From positions 2,464,001-2,528,000 of the forward strand of contig OZ220089.1 of the NCBI GenBank assembly GCA_964291625.2: DNA of 64,000 bases, written 5' to 3'. The stretch comes from Candidatus Latescibacterota bacterium. GTDB taxonomy: Bacteria > Latescibacterota > UBA2968 > UBA8231. The notes under the pieces are model-generated. The model saw only the letters and a program-made list of their open reading frames with translations, was not told the origin of the DNA and did not search any database. Shown here in pieces: positions 37,046 to 45,744 of this stretch. The translations under genes and the position numbers were made by a program. Within the stretch, counting starts at the first letter, position 1; each line of letters opens with the position of its first letter.

Positions 37046-38425
37046 GTGCTGCGCGCCCTGATCGCCAAGGAGTGGCTCACCAGCCTGCTGGAGTTGCGGT
37101 TTCTCGTCTGCGCGGCCCTCTGCGTGCTGCTGGGCATCATCAGCGTCGTCGTCCTGCGGGCCGACCTGGAGGCGCGGCGCACCGAGTTCGGCCGCAACCA
37201 GTCCCTGTACCGGGACCAGGCGGCCGAGTACGGATCCTACCGGAACCTCCAGCGCCGGGGCGTGCGCGTCGACCGGCCGCCGCAGTCCTTCCAGGTCCTG
37301 TTCTACGGGGTGGAGAAGACCCTGGACCGCACCGCCGTGGTCTCGGAGGACTACCTGCCCGGCTTCCAGGGCGACCTGAACGCGAACCCCGCCATGCTGC
37401 TGTTCCCCGTGGCCGACATGCTCTTCGTGGTGGCCGTGGTCCTGAGTCTGCTCGCCTTCTTCATCTCCTACGACACCGTCGCGGGCGAGCGAGAGTCGGG
37501 CACCCTGAAGCTGGTCATGTCCTACCCGGTGCCGAGGGACCTCCTCATCCTGGCCAAGTGGCTGGGCGGCTACTTCAGCCTCGCCCTGCCCTTCCTGGCG
37601 GCGCTGATCATCGGGGCCCTGCTGATTTCCATGTCCGGCGAGGTGCCCTTCACGGCCACCGACTGGGAAGCCTTCGCCGTCACCGGCCTCGTCTCCCTGC
37701 TCCTGCTGGCGGTCATGTTCTCCATCGGCCTGCTGGTCTCGGTCCGGGCCCGCTCGTCCTCCACGGCCATCCTGAGCCTGGTGGCCCTGTGGGTGCTGCT
37801 GGCCCTGGTGGTCCCCAACCTCGGCCCCTACCTGGCCGAGCTGGCGGTCCCCGTGCCGGACGTGGGAGCGGTGGAGCGCGAGATCGGCCTGCGCACCGAG
37901 GCCATGTCCGCGGCCTACCGCAGCCAGTGGCGGCGGGGCGGCCGCTCCTTCCGCAACATGACGGCCTCCCAACGCACCGAGTTCTTCCGCCAGAGGCGGG
38001 AACAGCGCGACCAGCTGCAGAAGGACGTCAACGAGGCCTCGGCCGAGATCATCTCCGACTTCGAGAACCGCCTGCGCCGCCAGACCGACATGGCCCGCGT
38101 GCTCACCCGCGTCTCACCGGTGGCCTGCTTCGTGTACGCCAACACCGACATCGGTGCCACCGGGGTGCGCCACGAGGAGCGCCTGATCGGCTCTCTGCGT
38201 CAGTACCAGCGGCAGTTCGCCCGCTATGTCGCCGAGCAAACGGAGGCAGCTGCGGACAGCGGAGAGGAGTACGACATCGACGAGCTGCCGGACTTCCGGT
38301 ACCAAAGCGACGGCATCCAGGAACGCCTGGATGCCCGGGTCGTCGACGTGCTGCTGCTGGCCCTGTTCGCCGTCGCCTTCTTCATGGCGGCCTTCGTGAG
38401 CTTCCTCAGAGGCGAGGTGAGCTGA
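37046..38425 (+). CDS. ABC-2-type exporter permease subunit (tandem paralog)
   Basis: LIAKEW, VAGERESGTLKLVMSYPV..AKW, LVVPN, RVSP. Confidence 0.85.
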   Translation: MLRALIAKEWLTSLLELRFLVCAALCVLLGIISVVVLRADLEARRTEFGRNQSLYRDQAAEYGSYRNLQRRGVRVDRPPQSFQVLFYGVEKTLDRTAVVSEDYLPGFQGDLNANPAMLLFPVADMLFVVAVVLSLLAFFISYDTVAGERESGTLKLVMSYPVPRDLLILAKWLGGYFSLALPFLAALIIGALLISMSGEVPFTATDWEAFAVTGLVSLLLLAVMFSIGLLVSVRARSSSTAILSLVALWVLLALVVPNLGPYLAELAVPVPDVGAVEREIGLRTEAMSAAYRSQWRRGGRSFRNMTASQRTEFFRQRREQRDQLQKDVNEASAEIISDFENRLRRQTDMARVLTRVSPVACFVYANTDIGATGVRHEERLIGSLRQYQRQFARYVAEQTEAAADSGEEYDIDELPDFRYQSDGIQERLDARVVDVLLLALFAVAFFMAAFVSFLRGEVS

Positions 38426-38456
38426 ACCGCCTCGGCGGCCGTCGGGACAGCCCGCC

Positions 38457-39020
38457 TCAACCTCCCGGGGAGAGCTCTCCGGGATCCCTCAGCAACCCGG
38501 CGAAGCGCTCGCGGTATTTGGCCACCTTGGGACCCACCACCATCAGGCAGTAGGGCTGGGCCGGGTTGCGCCGGTAGTACTGGCGGTGGTAGTCCTCGGC
38601 CGGCCAGAACCGTTCCAGGGGCTGGACCTCCGTGACAATGGGGTCGGCGAACACCCCCCCTTCCTCGAGATCGGCGATGAGCTTGGCGGCCGTTGCCGCC
38701 TGCTCCTCGTCGTGGGTGAAGATGACGGAGCGGTACTGGGTCCCTATGTCGTGGCCCTGTCGGTCCTTCGTCGTGGGATCGTGGATGCCGAAGAACACCT
38801 CGAGCACCTCCCGGTAGCTGACCGCGGCGGGATCGAATCGCACCTGCACGACCTCGGCGTGGCCCGTCAGGCCCGAGCATACGCTCTCGTAGCTCGGGTC
38901 GGCGGTCCGTCCGCCGCTGTAGCCCGATTCGACGGAGACGACGCCCCGCATCTGCTCGTAGACCGCCTCCAGGCACCAGAAACAGCCACCTCCCAATGTC
39001 GCGGCGGCGGAGGGGGTCAT
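38457..39020 (-). CDS. msrA: Peptide-methionine (S)-S-oxide reductase
   Basis: GGCFWC, TGHAEVV, RQGHDIGTQYRS, AEDYH..Y, YC. Confidence 0.96.
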   Translation of the reverse strand: MTPSAAATLGGGCFWCLEAVYEQMRGVVSVESGYSGGRTADPSYESVCSGLTGHAEVVQVRFDPAAVSYREVLEVFFGIHDPTTKDRQGHDIGTQYRSVIFTHDEEQAATAAKLIADLEEGGVFADPIVTEVQPLERFWPAEDYHRQYYRRNPAQPYCLMVVGPKVAKYRERFAGLLRDPGELSPGG

Positions 39021-39976
39021 CGATCGAGATCCTCGGCGGCGCCCGCCACCGCCATGGGACCCAGGGATGCCCGGTCGTGGGGGGCAGTCAGATCCTGGTC
39101 GGGTCCGGCAGGGACGATGCCGCCGGGATTCAGGTCCTCGTGCGTGCCGTAGTAGTGGCGCTTGATGTGATCGAAGTTCACGGTCTCCGCGATCCCCGGC
39201 TGCTGGTAGAGGTCCCGAAGATAGCCGGACAGGTGGGGATAGTCGATGATCCGGCGCAGGTTGCACTTGAAGTGTCCGTGATAGACGGCGTCGAAGCGCA
39301 CGAGGGTGACGAAGAGCCGCCAGTCGGCCTCCGTGATCCGCCCCTCCACCAGGTAACGCTGCCCAGCAAGGCGTTCCTCGAGCCGGTCAAGCGCGGCGAA
39401 GAGTCTGCGTACTCGCCGGTCGTAGGCGCCCTGGGAGCGCGCGAAGCCGCACCGGTAGACCCCGTCGTTCACATCGGCGTAGACCAGATCGTTGACCTCA
39501 TCGATCTCCTCGCGCAACGCCTTGGGGTAGAGGTCGAGATCCCGGTCGGTGAAGGCGTCGAACTCCCGGGTCAGCATCCGCATCAGATCGTCGTCCGCGT
39601 TGCTGACGATCCGCCCGGTGATCTTGTCCCACAGGACGGGAACGGTGATGCGTCCGCGGTACCCCGGATCCGTGGCCAGGTAGGCCTGGCTCAGGAACTC
39701 GAAGCCGTTTACGGGATCGGCGCCGTGGCCATCCCCGTCCCGGAAGGCCCAGCCGCGGTCGTCCCGCATCGGGTCGACGGCCGTCATGCCGATGACATCC
39801 TCCAGTCCCTTCACCTCCCGCACGATGATGGTGCGGTGGGCCCATGGGCAGGCCCAGGAGACATAGAGGTGGTAGCCTCCGGCCTCGGCCGGGTAGCCCG
39901 ATGAGCCGTCGGCCGTCACCCGATCGCGGAAGGCGTCCTCGGAGCGGACGAACTCTGCTGGATCGCGCTCATCCAT
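39017..39976 (-). CDS. Glutathionyl-hydroquinone reductase (YqjG/Xi-class GST)
   Basis: YHLYVSWACPWAHR, TVPVLWD, GVYRCGFA, RFDAVY.GHFKCN, HIKRHYY. Confidence 0.93.
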   Translation of the reverse strand: MDERDPAEFVRSEDAFRDRVTADGSSGYPAEAGGYHLYVSWACPWAHRTIIVREVKGLEDVIGMTAVDPMRDDRGWAFRDGDGHGADPVNGFEFLSQAYLATDPGYRGRITVPVLWDKITGRIVSNADDDLMRMLTREFDAFTDRDLDLYPKALREEIDEVNDLVYADVNDGVYRCGFARSQGAYDRRVRRLFAALDRLEERLAGQRYLVEGRITEADWRLFVTLVRFDAVYHGHFKCNLRRIIDYPHLSGYLRDLYQQPGIAETVNFDHIKRHYYGTHEDLNPGGIVPAGPDQDLTAPHDRASLGPMAVAGAAEDLDR

Positions 39977-40019
39977 ACGCAGGACCTATACTTGAGCCGC
40001 CAACCTCCGGAGACAGACC

Positions 40020-41087
40020 ATGACCACCTACCGAGTCGGCGTCATCGGCCTCGGCCGCATGGGGTCGACCATCGACGACGAAGGCCACTCCCGCCTGCCC
40101 TACTCCATCGCCGCCTCCGCCCGGGCCAGCAGCCGGCTGGAGCTCGCCGCCGGCTGCGACCTCCTCGCCGAAAGGAGGGCGGACTTCACCGAGCGCTGGG
40201 GCGTGGAGGCCGTGTACGAGGACTTCCGAGCCATGGTCGAGCAGGAGAGGCCGGACCTGGTCGCCGTGTGCACGACGGCCACGGGCCTGCAGAAGCCGGG
40301 CCGGGAGAGCCCCGATCCGTCCTTCCGCGGTGACTCCCATGCCGACCTAGCCGTCGCCCTGGCCGACATGGCTGTGCCGATGGTCTACGTCGAGAAGGCG
40401 ATGGCCTGCTCCATGGCGAGGGCGGACGAGATCCGCGACGCCGTGAAGCGAAACGGCACGGTCTTCAACACCGGCGTGCTGCGACGCTTCGACAACCGCT
40501 ACGACGTGGTGCGCGACGCCGTGCTCGGGGGCCGAATCGGCGAACCCAGGGTCGTCGTCCACTACGCTTCCTCGAACCTCCTGCATGGCCACATCCATTC
40601 CATCGACACGGTCTCCTGGCTGATCGGGGACCCGGAGATCACCCACGTGCGCGGGGAGTTCGATCCCCCCGACTACGTCATCGAGGACGGCCACGTCCCC
40701 TTCGATCCAACCTCCACCTACCAACTGCGTTTCGCCGGCGGCGTGCAGGCCTGGTCGGTCCCGGCCGCCCCCTGGGAGTTCGAGGTCATTGGATCCAACG
40801 GCACCGTCCGGTCCCTGGGCAACGGCGCCGGCGCCAGCCTGCGGCTCGGCGAGGGACGCAACTGGACCGATGCGGCGCTCCCGGCCGTTGAACCGAGGAG
40901 CACGGTGGTCTCCTGCCTGGAGGATCTCTTGGACGCGCGCGAGCAAGGCCGGCCGACGCGGGGCCACATCGACGTAACCCATCACATCACCGAAGCCTGC
41001 CTCGGCGTGGCGGAGTCCCATCGGCGAGGTGGGGCCTGGGTCGAGTTGCCCGGCGTCGACCGCGATCTATACGTCTTTCACGTCTGA
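40020..41087 (+). CDS. Gfo/Idh/MocA oxidoreductase
   Basis: VIGLGRMG, VEKAMA, LRRF, HIHSID. Confidence 0.88.
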   Translation: MTTYRVGVIGLGRMGSTIDDEGHSRLPYSIAASARASSRLELAAGCDLLAERRADFTERWGVEAVYEDFRAMVEQERPDLVAVCTTATGLQKPGRESPDPSFRGDSHADLAVALADMAVPMVYVEKAMACSMARADEIRDAVKRNGTVFNTGVLRRFDNRYDVVRDAVLGGRIGEPRVVVHYASSNLLHGHIHSIDTVSWLIGDPEITHVRGEFDPPDYVIEDGHVPFDPTSTYQLRFAGGVQAWSVPAAPWEFEVIGSNGTVRSLGNGAGASLRLGEGRNWTDAALPAVEPRSTVVSCLEDLLDAREQGRPTRGHIDVTHHITEACLGVAESHRRGGAWVELPGVDRDLYVFHV

Positions 41088-41108
41088 ATCCAGCAGCGCG
41101 TACATACG

Positions 41109-41147
41109 AAGGCGGCCCCGCCCTGAGACAGAGGCCGCCTTGCTTTT
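41109..41147. terminator. Hairpin terminator between convergent genes
   Basis: AAGGCGGCC (41109-41117) pairs with GGCCGCCTT (41133-41141), followed by GCTTTT. Confidence 0.6.
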
Positions 41148-41163
41148 CGGGCGAAGCTGCTGC

Positions 41164-42027
41164 TCAGTCCTCGAGGGGCCGCAACTCCTCGTGGCGTGAG
41201 GGGTGTCGCAGCTTGCAGAAGGCCCGCTCCTTGAGCTGGCGGATGCGCTCCCGCGTGAGCCCCATGCGGTCGCCGATCTGCTCGAGGGTCATCGGCTCTG
41301 AACCGTCGAGGCCGAAGTAGAGCTGTATGATCTCGTGCTCGCGCTCGTCGAGACCCTCAAGAACCTTCTCCAACTGCTGCTGGCTGGAGGACCGGGTGAT
41401 GCACTCGTCCGGCTGCTCCTGGGCCGGGTCGGCCAACCGCTTGAGCAGGGTGGTGTCCTCGTCTTCGTCGAAGACGGCGCGGTCGAGTGACACGGCGCGC
41501 CGCCCGCTCAACATGGTGTCCCTCACCTCCGTGATGGACAGCTCCAGGGCCGCGGCGATCTCCTCGTCGTGGGGCTCGCCTTCGTTGGCGTTTCCGAGCT
41601 GCTGCGCGGTGCGGGCGATCTTGCGAAGGAGGTTGAGGCGGTTTAGCGGCAGGCGGACGGTGCGGCTGTCTTCGGCCAGGGCTTGCTGAATCGCCTGGCG
41701 GATCCACCACACCGCATAGGAGATGAACTTGTAACCCCGCGTGGCGTCGAACCTGTCCACGGCGGTCATCAGCCCGAGGTTGCCGGCGCTGATCAACTCC
41801 GAGAAGGACAGGCCGCGGTTGCGATACTGCTTGGCTACGGTGACGACGAACAGGAGATTGGCCTCTGCGAGCTCTTCGCGAGCCCGCTCGTCGCCGGCGG
41901 CGATGCGCTCGGCCAACTCGGCCTCTTTCTCCCGGGACAGCGGCTGTGAACTTGCGATCTCATTGAAATACGTCTGCAGACTGACATCCTCGTCCGTCCA
42001 GCTTTCGTAGTTCACTTGGGCAATCAC
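41164..42027 (-). CDS. RNA polymerase sigma70 factor, RpoD/SigA family lacking region 1.1
   Basis: SLQTYFNEI (1.2), GNLGL..AVDRFD..GYKFISYAVWWIRQAI (2), RTVRLP, TLEQIG..GLTRERIRQ (4). Confidence 0.95.
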   Translation of the reverse strand: MIAQVNYESWTDEDVSLQTYFNEIASSQPLSREKEAELAERIAAGDERAREELAEANLLFVVTVAKQYRNRGLSFSELISAGNLGLMTAVDRFDATRGYKFISYAVWWIRQAIQQALAEDSRTVRLPLNRLNLLRKIARTAQQLGNANEGEPHDEEIAAALELSITEVRDTMLSGRRAVSLDRAVFDEDEDTTLLKRLADPAQEQPDECITRSSSQQQLEKVLEGLDEREHEIIQLYFGLDGSEPMTLEQIGDRMGLTRERIRQLKERAFCKLRHPSRHEELRPLED

Positions 42028-42359
42028 TCCTTGGCCGCGTGCCGTGGGGATGGCTCCCCTCCTGAACTGCCCGAAGGGGAAGGAAGGATTGGGCGTGACC
42101 CGAGAAGTTAACGCTTTCCGACGGGCTCGGCCACCTGAAAATTACCCCTCCCCGGCGTCCTCGTCCCCTCAGGCGAGACCACCCACGGGGGCCTCGCCTC
42201 CACCCCCGCGCGCCGAAACCCCGTGGCCGCCGCACCGGAGCTGTTGGTCAGCCCTGGCTGCGTCGAGGCCGTGCGCAGGGCTCACCCGCCCCTCCCAAGG
42301 GCAATCTACAAGCCCCTCTGTCGTATTGAATGGGCCGCAATTGCAATAATAACGCCCGC

Positions 42360-43487
42360 TCATGACCCTTCCTCCCGGTAGAGCGAGTAGAGAAACCGGC
42401 GATTGCGCCGGCGGCCCGTGATTTCCTGCAGTAGACCAAGCTCCTCCAGCCGGCCGACCAGCAGATTGGCGTTGGCAAAGGTTCGGTCGCAGATGCGGGC
42501 CACGTCGGACACCGTGACGAGAGGCTTGCGGACCAGCTCCCCCAGAAGTGCCCCGGCCGTCTGCCGCAGTCCCGCCATGTGCTGGCCGATCCGGTCCTCC
42601 TGCTCCTGGAGCTCCGCGTCCATCCGCTCCAGGCGGCGGGCAGCCGCAACGGCCGCGTCTTCCAGCCGCCGCGCGAAGTAGCGGATCCAGCCCTCCCAGT
42701 CCCCCTGAATCCGCGCCCCCTGCTGATGGCGGAAGTGCTCGCCAATGTCGGCGGCCATCGCCACCGAAGGAGTCAGCAGCTGCGGCCAGGCTCCGTGGGC
42801 GCTCTGCAGCATCCGCAACAGGCACAGGCGGCTGACCCGGCCGCTGCCGTCGACGAAGGGATGAAGGGACTCCAGTTGCAGCGAGACGAGGGCGATCCTG
42901 GCCAATGGCGGGAGTGGCGCATCCCTACCCCAGAAGGCCTGGAGCCGATCCACGTGCTCCGGGATTCTCTGCGGCAGTGGAGGTACGAAGTGCGCCGTTG
43001 CCGCGGTGCTCCCGGCCGGACCCAGCCAGATGATCGTCCGGCGGAACTCGCCGGGCCGGTCATCGCGGCCACGAAGGCGTGCAAAGAGGGCCTTGTGAAG
43101 GGATCGGAGCCCTCTCTGGCTCACGGCGTCGTCCTGCCCCTGGGCGGACTCCGGGAGCATGCTCCCGATCACTTTCGCGTAGTTCGCGCAGATCCGGGCC
43201 TCACCCCCGGGGACGCCGAGCCGATCCGCCTTGCTCCCGTCCAGTTCCCACCAGAGCAGGTCTCGCAGGGTGATCCGGCTGCCGTCAAGCCGGCAGGAGG
43301 CGACCGCCTCGCGCCGGCAGGCCAATGCGATCAGATCGCCGGCGGTCTCACGAGCTGCGATCTGGCCGTACAGGAAGCCGAGAGCCCGGTCGGCCGCGGA
43401 CAGGGCACGGAGGGTGACTCCGTCCAGCCGCAGTCCGGGAGGGGGCAGGGACGGGGGCTCGAAAGCTCTGACGGCTGACCGGGACAT
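42360..43487 (-). CDS. Fic-domain protein with C-terminal winged helix
   Basis: PGEFR, HPFVDGSGRVSR, C-terminal LEELGLLQEITGRRRNRRF. Confidence 0.88.
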   Translation of the reverse strand: MSRSAVRAFEPPSLPPPGLRLDGVTLRALSAADRALGFLYGQIAARETAGDLIALACRREAVASCRLDGSRITLRDLLWWELDGSKADRLGVPGGEARICANYAKVIGSMLPESAQGQDDAVSQRGLRSLHKALFARLRGRDDRPGEFRRTIIWLGPAGSTAATAHFVPPLPQRIPEHVDRLQAFWGRDAPLPPLARIALVSLQLESLHPFVDGSGRVSRLCLLRMLQSAHGAWPQLLTPSVAMAADIGEHFRHQQGARIQGDWEGWIRYFARRLEDAAVAAARRLERMDAELQEQEDRIGQHMAGLRQTAGALLGELVRKPLVTVSDVARICDRTFANANLLVGRLEELGLLQEITGRRRNRRFLYSLYREEGS

Positions 43488-43638
43488 CCTCGAAGGGAGG
43501 GGCCGCCCTCACCGCACCCTCCTTTGGGTGCGGGCCCTTTCGGGTTTATCGAGGACAGACTTGTATCGATAGTATAACGCGCTTGGCCGCCTCGCCACCC
43601 CCTCGGACGATCGCCCGAGTCTGGTCCCGCTCTCTGCT

Positions 43639-44517
43639 TCACAGACCGAGGTTCAACTGCGTCCTGGCGCCAACCTCCGGGCGCCGGGTGCGGCTCCACT
43701 CCTGGAGATACTCTGCCAGGTGCTCCCTTCCGTCCCGGGCCGACTCTCGCTCGAGCAGGTCCCTCACGCGGTTCTCTTCCTCCCGGTACTGCTCCGAGTC
43801 GAAGAACCCACCGAAGTGGGCCACCCGGAGCCACAGCAGGTACGTCGTCAGGGCATCGAACTCGTTGTAGGCGATGATGGCCCCCAGGTCCCCCCTCGCC
43901 CACAGATCCTGGACGCTGTCCCCCGCGCCCGAGAACTTGCCGGGAATGCCGCAGGCCGACGCCATCTCGTGCAGGGACGGTCGACCGCGGCCCCGGCCAC
44001 CGAGGATCTCGATCAGGTCGACGTGCCAGTCTCCGCCCGCGAAGTAGTCGACTCCCTCCCAGGGTTTGTCGGGGCGCTCGGCAAAGGCGGCGGCCCGGAT
44101 TCCGTGAACCACCCCTCGCTGAACCAGAATGCGCAGATCCGCCGATCCCGAGTTGTAGCCCACCATCTGGGGCTTGGCTCGGCCGACTCCGTCCAGGAAT
44201 CGGCGGACGATCTCGGGCTCCGACGCCTGGCGCGCCTTCGGGTCCTTTGTCGCGGGCAGGGAGCGCAGCTGCAGGCGCACCGCCCCGCCCTCCTCCTCGG
44301 TGCGAGCCACCGCCGACAGCGAGACCAGGCGGCACATGACGGTCTTGAGATAGGGCCGCGGTTCCTCCTCCGTTGCCCCGCCCTGCCTGTACATCTCGGC
44401 CACGACCTCCTCGTCGGTCCAGTCGGAGGACACCGCGTACACCCGCCTTCCGGTGTCGGCATCGGGCACCCACTCGGCGTCGAAGGCCCAGGCGGTTTGA
44501 TGGACAGTCTTGAACAC
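43639..44517 (-). CDS. Stand-alone PolB-like 3'-5' exonuclease (DEDDy)
   Basis: ExoI FDAEW, ExoII VGYNSGSADL, HVDL, GIPGK, ExoIII YNEFD. Confidence 0.88.
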   Translation of the reverse strand: MFKTVHQTAWAFDAEWVPDADTGRRVYAVSSDWTDEEVVAEMYRQGGATEEEPRPYLKTVMCRLVSLSAVARTEEEGGAVRLQLRSLPATKDPKARQASEPEIVRRFLDGVGRAKPQMVGYNSGSADLRILVQRGVVHGIRAAAFAERPDKPWEGVDYFAGGDWHVDLIEILGGRGRGRPSLHEMASACGIPGKFSGAGDSVQDLWARGDLGAIIAYNEFDALTTYLLWLRVAHFGGFFDSEQYREEENRVRDLLERESARDGREHLAEYLQEWSRTRRPEVGARTQLNLGL

Positions 44518-44570
44518 CTGATCTGGACGACCTTACAGGGTGCCTGGCGCCCCCGGTCCGAAGGCCGGCT

Positions 44571-45671
44571 TCAGACGGGACGGAAGTGGTCGCCCTCGCC
44601 GACCAGCCCCCGCGGCTCGAGGAGGACCCGTCCGGCGTGGTTGGAGCTGGCATGGCCGAGGACGAGGCCCTCGAACCCGTGCTCCGAGGCGATCCGGCGG
44701 ACGGCGCCGGCCTCGGTCTCGGGCACCACGACTCCGAAGCCGATGCCCATGTTGAACACTCGGTGCATCTCCTCGTCGGCCACCGGGCCGGCGCGCCGGA
44801 TGAGGTCGAAGACGGGCTGCGGCTCGGGCAGGGTGTGGAGGACGAAGCCGGTCCGGCTCCGGATGCGCAGCAGGTTCAGGAAGCCCCCGGAGGTCAAGTG
44901 GCTGAAGGCCCGAACCCGGAGACCAGCCCGCACCATGGCCATCGCCGGTCGAACGTAGATCGCCGTCGGCCGCAGCAACTCCTCGGCGACGGTGTGGCCG
45001 AACTCGGGTACGTGGTCCTCGGCATCCAGCCCGAGCGTCCCGAAGAGGACACGTCGAGCGAGGGAGTAGCCGTTGGAGTGGAGGCCGTTGCTCACGAGGC
45101 CGACCACGGCATCCCCGTCTTCGATGCCCTCCCCCACCACCAGTCGATCGAGATCGACCAGACCGGCGGCGGCGCCGACGAGATCGACGCCCCGGCCTTC
45201 TTCGATGCCGCGGATGATCTCCTTCATCTGCGACACCTCGCCCCCGGGGATGGAGATGTTGGCCATCTCGGCGCCCGCGGCCAAGCCCTGGCCGATCTGG
45301 TCGAAGATGTCGGGGTCGACCTTCTGCACGGCCAGGTAGTCGAGCATGGCCAGGGGCTCGGCGCCCACGCACACGAGATCGTTGACGTTCATGGCCACGC
45401 AGTCGATGCCGATGGTGTCGTAGCGGCTCACCATCTCCGCCACCAGGACCTTGGTACCCACGCCATCCGTTGTGAGCGCCAGTCCCCGGCGTTCATCCAG
45501 GCGGAGAACCGAGGCGTAGAGACCGCTCTCCAAGAGGCTCTCGCCGGCGCGGGAACCATCCTCCCGGCGGTGCCGGGGGCGGCTGACATGGGCGACGAGC
45601 CGGGCAAGGGCCACGTCCGCCGCCCCGGTCTCCACGGCGGTATCGGCGTAGGTCGTCCACGATGGGCTCAT
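44571..45671 (-). CDS. purM: Phosphoribosylformylglycinamidine cyclo-ligase (AIR synthase)
   Basis: TDGVGTK, GIDCVAMNVND, GAEP..LDY, GGE, SNGLHSNGYSLAR, FNMGIGF. Confidence 0.93.
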   Translation of the reverse strand: MSPSWTTYADTAVETGAADVALARLVAHVSRPRHRREDGSRAGESLLESGLYASVLRLDERRGLALTTDGVGTKVLVAEMVSRYDTIGIDCVAMNVNDLVCVGAEPLAMLDYLAVQKVDPDIFDQIGQGLAAGAEMANISIPGGEVSQMKEIIRGIEEGRGVDLVGAAAGLVDLDRLVVGEGIEDGDAVVGLVSNGLHSNGYSLARRVLFGTLGLDAEDHVPEFGHTVAEELLRPTAIYVRPAMAMVRAGLRVRAFSHLTSGGFLNLLRIRSRTGFVLHTLPEPQPVFDLIRRAGPVADEEMHRVFNMGIGFGVVVPETEAGAVRRIASEHGFEGLVLGHASSNHAGRVLLEPRGLVGEGDHFRPV

Positions 45672-45706
45672 GATGATCCTTGGAGGTGCATCAAGGGGTC
45701 GAAGTC

Positions 45707-45735
45707 AACTTAGAACGGGGCTCAGATCCCGGCAA
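45707..45735 (-). promoter_or_regulatory. Putative sigma70 promoter of purM
   Basis: Minus strand TTGCCG, 17-nt spacer, TAAGTT. Confidence 0.5.
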
Positions 45736-45744
45736 CGAAGACCG

